Assembly: GCA_951406725.2 (NCBI GenBank)
Contig: OX597815.1
Coordinates: 146,134,001-146,198,000 of the forward strand
DNA length: 64,000 nucleotides
Source of the DNA: Octopus vulgaris
Taxonomy: Eukaryota
Reading direction: 5' to 3'
Shown: piece by piece, positions 41,268 through 55,145 of the stretch
How the letters are laid out: each line of letters opens with the position of its first letter
How positions within the stretch are numbered: the first letter of the stretch is position 1
The notes under the pieces: generated by a model
Seen by the model: the letters and a program-made list of their open reading frames with translations, nothing else
What the model was told of the DNA's origin: nothing
The model's database searches: none
Program-made: the position numbers and the translations under genes

Positions 41268-41441
41268 TTATAATTTATATTTTATATATGATTACCATAC
41301 AAACGAAAGAGAGTTCTTATTACAATGTTCCCTGCGACCTTTCAGAGACAAAAAAATAAAAAAAATTGTAACGGGAGACAAAAATTCAGATTTCATTACA
41401 CGTCCTTACATAAATATGTATACACACAAACACACACACAC

Positions 41442-41478
<37 letters not shown>

Positions 41479-41964
41479 CATACATACATACATACATACA
41501 TACATACATACATACATACACACACACATAATCGTATGTATTTGTGCGTGATATCGTATTACATTGTGTATGCTCTATTCAAATACAGAGGAAGTGGACC
41601 TATATTTTTGGAAATATCCCAAGTAAATAGTGAAGGTCTACAATTTAATTTATCACACAGCAAAGCAAATATGACGAACATGATTGCACACACAACGCAT
41701 AAATAGTTCGGAATTTTGTCAGGAATATATTTGTTGAAGATCATTCTTTAACAGAGCATGAGAAAAAGTGATTGAAATATATTTGTGAACATAGTTCGTA
41801 TAAGATTGCATGTGTGTATACTGGTGTGTTCAAACGGAACGCACAAACCCAAACGTACAGAGAAACTCAAGTACACTAAAGAAGGCGAAAACATACACTC
41901 ATGTGAATGTTTTCATAAATCTATGTGTGTGTGTGTCTATTTGGGCAAATTATGCGTGCATATT

Positions 41965-42370
41965 TCTTTTATTTTTCTTTTGATCTGTTTCAGCCATGAG
42001 CCTCTGGTCATGCTGGAGCACCGCCATGACTTTGTACCCATTCTTCAACCCTCCAATACGGTTGATTTCTGAGAGGTAGGATTTCATATCACCTGAGTTG
42101 CATGTGATTGTTTCCTGATAGTCGGCTTATTTGGTTTATGAGCGAGATTGAAACTGGCACTCGTCGTCTGTACTTCATGTCAGTATTTGGTCCTATCTGG
42201 TAATATGGATAAGAGAATGCCCAGTACATTAACCTCAACATTGCATATGTTTCTTTGGGCCTTTGAATTCTTAACTATTGCACTGCCTGTTCCTCGTTTT
42301 GGATGGAGTTGACGGTATCGATGGTACTCTACATTGGCTTCTGATACGGTAATATGTATAACTTTTGACC
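41965..42370 (-). pseudogene. CR1-group (Zenon-like) LINE 3' relic with SINE-type tail
   Basis: HPKRG...QRNICNVEVNVL..ILLSILPD resembles the relics at 20275 and 54272; ends catggcggtgctccagcatgaccagaggctcatggctgaaacagatcaaaagaaaaataaaag. Confidence 0.55.
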
Positions 42371-44264
42371 CATTCATGAATACACATACACACGTGATGA
42401 GTTTCGATACTATTTTTCGATACTATTTTTTGTTATCAAATGCGTTCACGAGGCATGGGATACCCGGGATTATAGATGACACTTGCTGGCAATTATGAGA
42501 ACAGGAACTGCACTAGAAACGGGATGGTTTAGAAGAGGACCTCTAGAACCACAATGCCATACCACAGCCTGTATGGTAACGATAAAACTAAAAGTTGAGA
42601 CGACGTATGTAGCAAATGTAAGGTAACATAGAAACTCAATAATATCCGGAATGTATTCCTTATTTGTATTCGACTCGCTGTAATTATCGATATACAATTT
42701 GTTCTTAAAATATATTCATGTTTAACATTTATACGTAAATGCTCATGCTGAGAAAAAGTCTTTAACTTGCACGGGAATAATTTTTTTTGTGCAATTTTGC
42801 TTTTAATGTTCTTTGGCATTCGAACAGAGGATATTCTGCTCTATATTCAGACACACATTTTAACAATCATCGTGTAATTAAAACATTTAATTGCTTAGTT
42901 TTTGTTTGGAGCTCTCTAATTTAGTCTTTATACATATTTCTTTCATGTGTTTAGATTACATATGAGTTTTTTTTCAAGCGGCGAACTGGGAGAATCTGAC
43001 TACGCTGGCAAAAATGCGTAGCGGCATTCGGTCAGTCTTTACTTTCACTTTCCCCTGAACTTGCTGGTCATGTGCCTTGAAATCAATTACATATGATTTT
43101 ATCAAACAAGCGTTAAACCCTGAACAGTTTTTAGTTATTTGAACAATCAATTTTTTGGTTAATACATACAACAAATCTGGAGAGTTCTTTTTTCTTGTCT
43201 CTTTATCAAGAATAAATGAACGTATATCTTAAATCATTCTAGCCATAACCAACCCGCTTACCTTTTAAGGTGGTAGGTCATGATTTACAGAAATTTCGCC
43301 ACAGCCACGTGGGGATTGAATTTTTAGTCAATGAAACACCGAATAAAACTATGTCTCATTCGAAAATATATTATTATGACACATCGGGCACAACACCATT
43401 CGACATTTTGGCATCATACCTAAGACAGTCAGTGTAACAACAATTTTTAGATTCATATTGCTGCGTATGTTTGGATTCTCGTTGTTAGCTGATGTTTGGA
43501 TTTTCTAATCGCATCATTGAACCACAAGTGAGAAGGAAGTTTATCACTTGTTGGCCGTGCCTTATTGTAATTCAGCCTAAGGCATGTTGCTATGTCTCCA
43601 AGGAAAAGCACTTTATTCTAACACTGCTTTAGGTAAATCTAAAGTGAGAACTGAGCCAGATTCCTTTGGGATGTCACATTCGATATGTAATGTAATACTA
43701 TCCAGGTTGTATTTACTTTCATCTACTTAACAACATAAAACTGAGCTAAGCGTCGGACCTTAAAATCCATTTAAGACTTCAGGTCGTTCATTTTCTATAC
43801 GTGCACTTGTTAATGGCTCTTGTTGGTTCTGGGGTTCTGCGTACGACTCACGGAGGTGATGTAACGAGCGCAATATCTGTGTGCTTCTCTAAACTACTTG
43901 TAATCATCAGTCTTTCATATTAACGAAACAAAATTCAAATACGCCATTTCCCTAATCGAACACTTTTTCATGGTAATTCAAGATCAAAATAAATGTAAAA
44001 TAAACATACAACACAATGAATACAGCGTATCACTGCTACAGAGAAATGACGCACGAAGCCATGTAGGCGTTAAATGTTCACAAAGAGATAAAGAGATTGA
44101 TGTGAGTGATTGATCAATGATTCAAAGAGAGAGAAATAGAGAGAAGAAAGGGATATGTGTAAATATGTAGGTATATATGTGTGTGTGTGTATATATGTCT
44201 GTGCGCGCGTATATATATATATATATATATGTCCCTTTCTCTGTTTATCTTTCCCATTTTCTCC

Positions 44265-44326
<62 letters not shown>

Positions 44327-45259
44327 TTTGAGAGAAGAGAGGGAATGAGAACGAGATCAGGAAGAGGAGTATGAGGGGGAAGAAAGAGATCAAAGAAACA
44401 AGAACAGGAAAGAAAGTGAGAATAAGAAAAGGTGAAAATAAAACGAGAAAGAGAGAAGCCAAGAGTGAAACTTAGTAAATTGTTGCCAGTAGTAGATGAG
44501 AATGTTCAAAAGTACAGCGGAATACAAACAAAAATCTTTAAATGTAATCTCGCTTAATTGAAAAAGCAATGGTAGCCGTTTTTTATTTATTATTATTATT
44601 TTTTTTTATCTCTAGCAGCCATTGTGGCAGAAGTTAGCTAGCTCTCAGTACAGAATACCATTGGAAATAATTCAAGAACGAAAACATAAAATGCAGTAGA
44701 AATTTTAGAGATTTCAAGCAAAAGGTTATTCTCTGTCAAATTAATGTTTGTTGTGCTAGGTAAGATATATCATGTGATACGAAATCGTAAAGTGGATTAG
44801 ATTAGAAATATAAAGAGGAATATGCTTTTGTTGTCGTTGTTTAACTCCAGGTCAATCTTAATGGAACTTATCTATGATCAAAGATGCTTCAGCAGTGATA
44901 ATCTTGTATCTTATTATATTTTTTTCTATTTTTATGCCGAGTGAATCCGGTACTGTTTTATCCAATATCTATATTCTTAAGGCGTTGGAATTTACTTTTA
45001 CTTCTAGAAAGACTTGCCGACCGTATAGAGGTTTTTTTTTCTCAATAAATACCGGAATGTTTTTATAATATAGCTGCGTGTTACTATGTTATTTAATTAA
45101 CATGAAAATATGCCACTGCAATATATTGACATTCACAACGAATGATGAAAACAACATTTTGTGAATATTGAGCAATTTTTTTTTATTGGAGTTAATAGAA
45201 ATCAAACGGAAAATATGTGAATATTATTTATATACATACATACACACATACATACATAT

Positions 45260-45903
45260 GATGCTTGCATACTTCTAATGCAGAATCTGGCCACCTCCTG
45301 TACTTACACCTTAGATCTATCATGGCGTCTGATGTGGCTTGTTAAGCTAGTCAATGTTTGCAAAGACACATAAATTGCGTATCTGCTTTGGACATCCAAG
45401 AGCTGCAGTTAGGTACTGGTCTTAGTGGATATTAAAATGTCTTTTGAGGCCTCCGTTAGATTTGCAGACCTTATAGCATATATAGCACTGACATATAGAT
45501 AATCAGAATAGTTGGTGGAGACTTGAGCCTAGCAAAAAACGGGCTTGGTCTGTGACAAATTGTGCATACAAAAAGGTGGTTGGGATTCTCGTTGATCGTA
45601 GCATTTTCCTTAAAATTTCTTTTGCGTTTCGTGTGGGTTATCAAGGTTCTTTCAAAAGCTTTCACTCCACTCCACACTTTTGTTCGCCATCCAACTCGAT
45701 CCGAAGTAAAAGTTTCTATGGCCCTGTGTACACACACCAAGTGATTTCATGTTAGTCCTTACACAGTCCTTAAATGTCTTTTTAGGTTTACACTGATCGC
45801 TTTTCCCTTCTGCAAGTTCGCCATAAAACAACTGTTTGGGCGTACATTCATCGTCCATTTGAACAATGTAGCCAGACCATCTTATTTCATTTTTCAAGAT
45901 CAT
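45260..45903 (-). pseudogene. RTE-clade LINE 3' relic
   Basis: ILKNEIRWSGYIVQMDDECTPKQLFYGELAEGKSDQCKPKKTFKDCVRTNMK matches the RTE motif LRWxGHVxRMxDxRxPKQLxYGELxxGKRxxGxPxKRxKD; followed by CTICHR, CKSNGGLKRHFNIH and LTSHIRRH zinc-finger-like pieces. Confidence 0.85.
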
Positions 45904-46070
45904 TGATTTACGAGCTTCATCATTGATTTAAGTGAAGTGATGCCTGGAGATGCAAAGACATCTGCGTCTGGAGTAAAAAAAGTCCTATTTACCTATGACC
46001 AAATATGTTCCAACGGTAATGATCGTGTATTTTATTTTTTTATTAGGTGGAGTGAATTATACAGTAGAAT

Positions 46071-46130
<60 letters not shown>

Positions 46131-46133
<3 letters not shown>

Positions 46134-47493
46134 TAGAATCTCTCAGTACGAGTGTACCATTGTACGAGTAATTTTGCTGTACGAGCCGAGGCTCGTGCGA
46201 TATTTTGTCTTGAAGTACCAGCGAAAATCTGCAGTACGAGCAAGTTTCGTACAAGCAACCGCTAGCCGGCACTGAACTCACACACACTCTTCCAACAAGC
46301 GCAGTCTCCACTCGCTCAGTTAACGTGTTTGTCTCGCTGTGGCAGCAGATCCATTGCGTTTTCCCATTTTTATTTTGCTTAGTTCTGTGCATTTTTGCTA
46401 CCATTTTATACTAATTAGTTGTGTTAGCCATGAATCCTTAGAAGGTTAGTGCAAAAGGCGGTGCTGAGAATAAGAAAAAGCTGATTACGATAGAATTCAA
46501 GAAGGAAATCATTGATTAACATGAGGGAGGAGTGCGAGTAGTGGACATTGCACATCAATACGACCGAAGCACGTCGGCGATCTGCACAATCCTGAAGACA
46601 AACGACGGTATCAAGGGCGTTGCAACAGCAGAGTGTCTTGTGTCTCTCTAAGTAACGCGCATCTGTCCACGGAAATATGGAAAAGCAACCCGCAGGGGAT
46701 ACTATTACGGAGACCATCATCTGTGAGAAAGCATAAGAGCTGTATGGGGATCTCCTAAAGCAGAAACCTGGGACATCGACAGAGGAGACATCAGCAGACG
46801 CATTTCAGGTCAGTCGCGGTTGGTTTGATAATTTCAAGGAGAGGGGTGGTGTTCATACTATGGAGAAGCAACGAGTTCTGACACGAAGGTAGTTGAAGAT
46901 CCGTGCGTGAATTTCGTCAGCACATCATAGCCAAGGAGTACATAGCACAACAGTTATTCGATTGTGATGAAACTGGGCATTTGGGGCGGGGAGTGTCAAG
47001 AAGAACCTACATAACTCCAGAGAAGAAAATGCCAAACCACGTGCCTATGAAAGATAGGCTAACTTTCGCCCTTTGTGCGAAAGCGAGTGGAGACTTGAAG
47101 CCGCTCTTTGTCTACCATTCCGAAAACCCACGAGCATTCAATCACAAAAAGTCGTGAAGGAGAAGCTGCAGGTCATGTGGAGGGCAAACGTTAAGTACTG
47201 GGTCAGCAGGCAATTCTTCTCCAAGTGGGTCAGCCTTGTCTTCAGACCAACAGTAAAAAAAAGTACCCTCTGGAGAATAATCTTCCTCTCAAGGCCTTCC
47301 TCATCCTCGACAATGCTTCTACGCACCCTCCTAACCTCGAAGATGATATCCTGAACGAATTTAAATATATAAAAGTTCTGTAACTTTCACGCAAGACCAC
47401 TCCTGTCTTGCAGCCCATGGACCATCAGGTGATTTCTAATTTTAAGAATTTGTACACCAGGCACCTGTTCCGTCGGTACTTTGAAGTCACCGA
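46131..47493 (+). mobile_element. Tigger/pogo DNA transposon, 3'-truncated, transposase pseudogene from ATG at 46430
   Basis: TA+cagtagaatctc left end; MNP*KVSAK...ITIEFKKEIID*HEGGVRVVDIAHQYDRSTSAICTILK (CENP-B-like HTH); DDE motifs FDCDETG, KDRLTFALCAKASGD, LILDNASTHP, LQPMDHQVISNFK; stops and frameshifts. Confidence 0.92.
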
Positions 47494-48004
47494 AAAAATA
47501 TATAAAAATATATATAAAATATATAAAATAAATACCGGCATTTCTTCGAACAATTTTTATCCCTAATAGTGGTTGAGTGGTTTGGACTTTAGCTGTTCCT
47601 TCTAACGGGAAAGGAATCTCATGATAGATACCTCTTTCATGTTTACATGTACACTGTATTCATATATATATATATACACGATGTGCTTCTGTCAGTTTCC
47701 GGGTACCAAATCCACTCACAAGTCTTTAGTCAGCCCGAGGCTATAGTAGAGGACACTTGCCCACAGTGTATGTATGTATATATGTTTCTATATGTAGTTT
47801 TCTATGTGGTTCTATGATGGTGTGCGTATTTACTTGTGTATACATGTGTATATACATACATGAATGCATACATACATACATATACGACCTTTTGTCGTGG
47901 CAGGATCCTGACTACTCCCACGTGGCCATAGGTGGACTGACGTTTTTCAATAAAATAAAGAAGCTGTGTGAACATTCGGCAGTTGACAGAAGTTGACATC
48001 GAGC

Positions 48005-48375
48005 ACTTGACTGTGGCCATGCTGGAGCACGCCTTCAGTGGAACAAATCGAGAGCAGAACTTTGTAAGCCTAGTATTCTATCCGTCTCTCTTACCGAATC
48101 GCTAAGTTACGGGGACGTGAATTCACCAAATTCGGTTGTCAAGCGATAGTGGGGGGACAAGCACAGACACACAAACATATCTGTGCAGACACACACACAT
48201 ATAGATAGATACGACGTGCTTCTTTCAGTTTCTATCTACCAAATCCACTCGCAATGCTTTGGTCGACCCGGGGCCATAGAAGAAGACACTTACTCAAGGT
48301 GCCACGCAGTGGGATTGAACCCGACACCACGTAGTTGGTAAGCAAGCTAATTACCATAGAGTCACTTCTGTGCCT
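48005..48375 (-). mobile_element. Major tRNA-SINE, near full-length (extra middle fragment at 47677-47765)
   Basis: Reverse complement of the 28066-28406 modules. Confidence 0.88.
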
Positions 48376-48931
48376 CTTTTGTAATTATCATGGGTGAAAT
48401 GTTCAAATGAAAACTGAGAATGAAATATTCGCAAAATTCAAACATTTAGAAAGATCACTTCGTATTCGTTAATAATATATGTATTTATTCACCTTTTGAT
48501 AATGGTGTAACATTTGATATATCTACTATAACCTAGTCACAAAGATGATGTAATTCCCTCACTGAGATGAACGTTGCATCGTGATTTGATATATAATCCG
48601 TATTGAAGATAAGAATAAACAGAAAGAAATAGCAATACTTCACATAGCGTCAGTGATAACTCTCTAAATAGCATATCTTCTGACTGGATACAAATGCCCT
48701 AACAACTCCAAACATCTGATTGTAGAAATATCTATTTATTGTATAACTTTAGAAATACACCCTCTGTGCCTGAAGAACTTCAAGTTTTTCTAACTAACTT
48801 GCTAACGATGTATATATATATATATAGCTATATCTATATCCATATATAACCATACATACACACATACATACACGCATATATACATGTGTGTGTGTGTATG
48901 TGTTTGTATGTATATGCATATACATAAATGC

Positions 48932-48981
<50 letters not shown>

Positions 48982-49318
48982 ATATATATATATTTGCGTG
49001 TGTCTATTCTTTTTAGAATTATGTAACAAATATACAGTTCTTGCTAGCTTGTCTCAATCCATTTTCAAAGAATGAAACATTACGTCTTCTTTCGATTAGT
49101 TCTACAAATATGATTTTATCTGTGATTCGCCTTCCTTGGTTCCTTGCTGAGATAAGTGTAATATATTCAGGTTGCCTGAAGCGCATTATATTCTCTTACA
49201 CTCGTATTTCATAGTCTGCTTGTATTTGTAAGGCGTATTTAATTTAATTTATTATATATATATATATGTACACAATCGCGCGCGTACACACACGCATACA
49301 TAAATATATATGTATATG

Positions 49319-49369
<51 letters not shown>

Positions 49370-50510
49370 TCACACACACACTCATGCATATATAGCGTGC
49401 GTGAGAGAGGGAGATATATAGGAAGTGATATTAGCAAAGGAAGCCTCCCAAGTTGTAACCAACTACAACTAACTTTCACAACGAAATTTTATCCCGATTA
49501 TTTAGCCGCAGTACATCATATGATGTCATATATTTGCAGTCGGCATTATGCGATTTAAATAACGAGATTATTAATTTATTATTTTTTTATGCAGCAGCTC
49601 TCTGGTTACATCTGATAACAAAACAAAACAAACATAAACTCGATTATCAGAACACACGCCTCTTCTGCTTGATAATTTCCTTCTTGAATACATTTGTAAT
49701 CAACATAGCCTACTTGTGTTAAGAGAGCTATTTTTTATCGTTAAGTGGATAGAATGCTCTATGCTTTAAGAAGGGATATCTCGGATGTTTTAACATTCAT
49801 GCCTCTGTCATTGGAACAAACTCTGCCAGACGTTGAATTTCTGAAATATTTACGCTACTCCATCATAAATTGAGCGTAATGGTAGCTACATTGTTTAATT
49901 TCATTCAGGCTAGCAAGGGAGCGTTTATGTGGTTTCTCAACCTAGTTAGATATTGGAGCCAAATCTTGCGCATATACGACTTACTATTGTTAGCAAAGAA
50001 ATCATAATTAGATGACGCAATTCCAAATTCCACGTTTCTTTCAATCTCTTTTTCTCAAAAATAATAAATAAATAGATAAATATTAAAGGAATGAAAAATA
50101 TATAGAAAAGCCACTGAGCAGTTGATTCGTCATAAGGTTTATGTTGGGTCTTCACAAAAATTAATAAGAAAATAACATGATGACATGTCGTCTTTTGACT
50201 TGCTCCACAGTAATTCAAACCAGTAACTTAACCGACTTCTCTCCACTCCATAAATAGTGCGATTGGTAGAAATATGTCAATCTTCGAATATTGTTTAGCA
50301 AATAACCTCAATAGGATTCGAACTTGGAACGCAAAAACATGAAACTTAATAGTTTTTTAGTCGTTCTAATGCTACTTTTACAATAGTGCATCCAATTATT
50401 AACGTTTTAAATTTATACTAAGCATAAATACAAAGACATCTCAATTGTACAATAATTTTGTCCTTATCTATCTATCTATCTGTATCTATCTATTTATATA
50501 TATATATATA

Positions 50511-50732
50511 TTTCTTTACTGCCCACGAGGGGCTAAACATAGAGGGGATAAAAAAGGACAGACAAAGGGATTAAGTCGATTACATCGACCCCAGTGCGGA
50601 ACTGGTACTTTATTTATCGACCCCGAAAGGATGAAAGGCAAAGTCGACCTCGGCGGAATTTGAACTCAGAAGGTAACGACAGACGAAATACGGCTAAGCA
50701 TTTCGCCCGGCACGCTAACGTTTCTGCCAGCG
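50511..50732 (-). mobile_element. Second SINE family, near full-length reference copy
   Basis: Minus-strand head gctggcagaaacgttagcgtgccgggcgaaatgcttagccg...gagttcaaattccgccgaggtcgactttgcctttcatcctttcggggtcgataaa; from memory the central domain resembles the Meta/MESC SINE domain (unverified). Confidence 0.88.
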
Positions 50733-51589
50733 CTGAAAATGTGATTACATTGGTGGTGCTCCAGCATGGCCACAGCCTTTGAGGTGAAACATATAAAATA
50801 ATAAAAGAATATGTATCATAATATATATGTTGTGTGTGTGTGTGTTTATTTGTGCGTGTATGCATGTATGGCTGGTGGTAAGCATTTACCGTTTAGATTA
50901 TGTATATTGTCACATTAGCGAAGCGAGAATATAAAAGTCTTGCATTGTCTGATGATTAAAACTTTTTGAATTGCTGTTTTTATACTACGAATGACTGATA
51001 TTGATAAGTAAATAAAGAAATAATTGATGACTATATTTACCTCTGTGTATAACTTTGTAACAGTGCAGCTGTAGTTATAGCTACTTTTCTGACAAGATAT
51101 GCAAGTCCGGGTAAGCTTTATTGATTGATTTAAAAGAAATAGAACAGAAATTCTTAGCGTTTCTGAAACTATATAAACGAAACCAAAGAGATAAATATTA
51201 TATCCTAAAGCGAAAAGACTCACAAAGAAGAAAAAAACTTATATTTTATGGAAAATATTAAAGAAAATTCTGATGCAGAAGAAGGTGCTTATTTATATTA
51301 TTTTTTATTTTATATTCTAAAAACTATTGAAATATTTATTTTCAATAGTTTTATTCATTTATTCATTTATTTATTTATTCACTTATCTATTTTCTCTGAG
51401 AGAGAATATACTGGATGTAGGTGTGAAAATATAAAGGCTATCTGATGAAAGCTGTGTTGATGGCTTGCACCGATAATAGGACTTGAGCTGCTCTAAACAC
51501 TCTCCCGGTAGCTTTGATCAAACACTCCACAGCCAGGTTTATTGGTAACAAAGATGCAGGTTGGCGGAGTGGGAGGTGTGTAAGGAGCA

Positions 51590-52160
51590 GAGGAGATGAA
51601 GATAACAGGAGATGATAGATGGATGGATGAAAGGAATATAAGGATTATTTAAAGAGAAGGAAATAAAAGGGGAGAAATTGTTTGATAGAACGAGATGTTA
51701 GAGAGAGAAAGAAAAAGAAAAATATATGAAAGAAGTGTTTTAGTGCAAGACGAATGGATGATATGGAATAAAATAGGAGAATAAAAATGCGTGAGAAGGA
51801 AGGAAGGAATGAAAGATGAATATAAAGAAAACCGAATGAGGAAAAGGAAAAATGGAAAGAATTTAAACGCGTAAGAACAAGAGGACAGATGTAGAAGATA
51901 GAGAGAAAAGAACAAAAGAAAGATAGAAAAATCAGAGAAAGGTCGGGACGAAAGAAGGATGTAGGAGAGAGAAAGACAGAGAGACAGAAACAGAGTGGGA
52001 GAGGGAGGAAGAGGAAGGTAGATTGAGCAGAGAGAGAGGGGTAGAGAGAAAGAGAGTATAAAATGCAGAAGGAAGTAGCTACTTGAGAAATGTTTAAGAA
52101 AATGTGAGGTAAGTTTCCATCTATACATGTGATAATGAAGAGAAATGAGGGAAAGCGATA
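51590..52160. repeat. Purine-rich (GA/GAA) low-complexity tract
   Basis: Directly visible; source of the F/L/S-rich minus-strand ORFs. Confidence 0.85.
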
Positions 52161-52469
52161 AAATACCCGCATTCAACAAAGAAAGACACGCACATATACA
52201 CTCACACATACACAAACACACAGACACACACATATATCATATATGAGCATCCGTTCAGGCAAACAAACCGAAACTTCGACGTTCTAGTCAATCACTTCCT
52301 TGTAAATCTTTAGTAAACATGCACAACAGTTTAACATTAAACTGAAAGATTTTCCTATACCTTTTAGTATAAAAGACATGGAGTAATGTTTCTGTTTCAT
52401 ATTAAATAATTTCTGAATAAAACCTGGCATACATACAGCCATATATTTGCACGTATATATACATACATG

Positions 52470-52505
<36 letters not shown>

Positions 52506-52829
52506 CATAGATACATAACATATGTATGTATATGTATATATATACATACACATACACAAATATATAGACATATATATACACACATATACATGCAAACACA
52601 TACAGCTATATATATATATATATATATACATATACATACAAACACACACAGATATATATATATATATATACATACAAACACACAGATATATATATATATA
52701 TATATACATACATACATACAAACACACACATATATATATATATATATATTCATACAAACACACACACACATATATATATGTATAAATACGTATATATATG
52801 CATATATACTTACACATATGAATATATAT

Positions 52830-53565
52830 GTGTCCGTTTTTATTCCTTTTTTATATTTCTTTATCAATTTTATCGTAGTTTATTCATATTTTCTTAGTCG
52901 TAATTTTTATCCAGACTTATTCACATTTTTTCATTCGTATTTTTTTCATTCGATATTTTTTCACTTTTTTCATTTTTTCATTCGTATTTTTTAATCGTAT
53001 TTCATATCTGTCTTTATTCCTTAAATCTTTGTCTTAAATTTATAAGGTTCATGAAGTTATTTATTGACTTATTGATACTTATATAGTTGTAATTGCTTTT
53101 GACAAACATAGTTATATATAAGGAGTAGTTAGAGTTATGTGATATATAAGGAGTAGTTATATTTATAAATGTAGTTATATGTATAAATTTATAAGGAGTA
53201 GCTATATTTACTATAAGGAGTAGCTATATTTATTAATGTAGACCTGACGATTGGGAGTGCGTAAACATAAAGCGTTTTCGAATGAGATGTTGTGTCTTAA
53301 CAATACCATACGTAACCTCATGAAACACGTGTAGTCCGTAATACGAAAACTTTTGTATTATGAATATAAATAGTAAGTATATTATTATACATTTCATGGC
53401 TTGGTTGAGTTAATATCCTTTGCAGTTTAAGAAGTTGTGGGTGTTTCTATCTCTAACAATATTTTGATATATATGAATTAATTATTGAGAGTAATTCAAT
53501 TTGATATTTTTAATTTGAATGTCTCATTCCTGTGGCAATGGAATTGATATTCCCTAATTATTATA
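52830..53565 (+). mobile_element. Penelope-pLTR-like segment between microsatellites, with ataaggagtag.tata short repeats and a hammerhead
   Basis: T-rich ttcgtattttt repeats, four ataaggagtag units at 53118-53223, then the hammerhead core. Confidence 0.5.
53238..53340 (+). ncRNA. Type I hammerhead ribozyme motif, complete core, extended stem II
   Basis: gac(53241-43)-CTGACGA(53244-50)-stem II (tggg/ctca, tgcgta/tacgta)-GAAA(53322-25)-c acgt g-TA-gtc(53334-36); predicted GUA cleavage after 53333. Confidence 0.7.
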
Positions 53566-53580
53566 ATAATAATATATATC

Positions 53581-53622
<42 letters not shown>

Positions 53623-54180
53623 CATATATATAGAGATATAATATCATACATATATATATAATATCATACATACATATATATATATAATATCATATATATA
53701 TATATATATATATATCATACATATATATATATATATAATATCATACATATATATATATATATAATATCATATATATATATGTGTACATATATACATAATA
53801 TATATATGATATCATACATATATATGTATTATGTATATATATATATATAATGATATCATATATATATAATATCCTGTATATATATATGTACATATATATA
53901 CATAATATATATATGATATCATACATATATATATATATAATATCATGTATATATATATATGTACATATATATATACATAATATATATATGAAATTATACA
54001 TATATATATTATGTATATATATATATATGATATCATATATATATATATATAATGTATATATATATATTATGCATATAGATATATAGATATATTATGTATA
54101 TATATATATATACATAATATATCTATATATCTATATGCATAATATATATATATACATTATATATATATATATGATATCAT

Positions 54181-54805
54181 ACTTTGATACTTTGATACTT
54201 TGATAGGTTTCGGCCATTATTGGCCCAGGCCATGTCTAACTTAATAGCACCACCTGGTGAAGTCTTTCAAGTCAGAATTTGGGCACTATGGCCCACTCAA
54301 GTAGAGAGTTATTGTTTACAGAGACATATCCGGGTGTAGGGGGTTTATCCGGGATTTCTTGAAGGAATCTGTCCAAAGACTTCTTGAACCCTATAGGGTC
54401 AGTTTCTGTTTTAATGTTTTTTGGTGTAATGTTAAAGAGAGCGGGGCCAATTGAGGTGAAATAATTGTGCCGTATTGTTGTTATGAGATGAGAGTGCGAT
54501 TTTTGTTTTGGGCGGATGGCACGGGGCCCAAGCCTTGGATGTACCTTAAAGGTGATGCCAACATCATTTGGGCAATGCTGATGGAATATTTTCCACATCA
54601 TGCAGATGATGTAGCGCTCACGACGACGTTGGAGAGAATAGAGTTTTAGCTTTTCTAGTCGACCCCAATAGTCGAGGCCTGTCATGCCATCTATCTTTTT
54701 TGTGATTGCCCTTTGAGGTGCTTCGACTTTTATGATACCTTGTATTGTGTGGGGAGACCACAGTGGACAACAGTATTCAAGGTGGGGTCGGGCAAAAGTG
54801 GAGAT
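54181..54805 (-). mobile_element. Young 5'-truncated CR1-group (Zenon-like) LINE; uninterrupted ORF2 C-terminus 54272-54802
   Basis: STFARPHLEYCCPLWSPH...QRAITKKIDGMTGLDYWGRLEKLKLYSLQRRRERY...GPALFN...FKKSLDRFLQEIPDKP..PGY....NSL; 3' ggcc-aataat-ggcc stem-loop, gaaac, (tatcaaag)3 tail. Confidence 0.9.
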
Positions 54806-55025
54806 AATATATATATGTATAATTTCATATATATATTATGTATATATATATGTACATATATATATATACATGATATTATATATATATATATGTATGATAT
54901 CATATATATATTATGTATATATATGTACATATATATACAGGATATTATATATATATGATATCATTATATATATATATATATTATGTATATATATATATAT
55001 GTATTATGTATATATATATATATAT

Positions 55026-55065
<40 letters not shown>

Positions 55066-55145
55066 TTACGTATATATATATGTTATGTATATATATATAT
55101 ATTACGTATGTATATACTATGTATATATATATATATATATATTAT

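Noticed and set aside
51645-52233. 175- and 194-aa hydrophobic ORFs that look membrane-like
   Set aside because: Reverse complement of a GA-rich low-complexity tract; composition artefact
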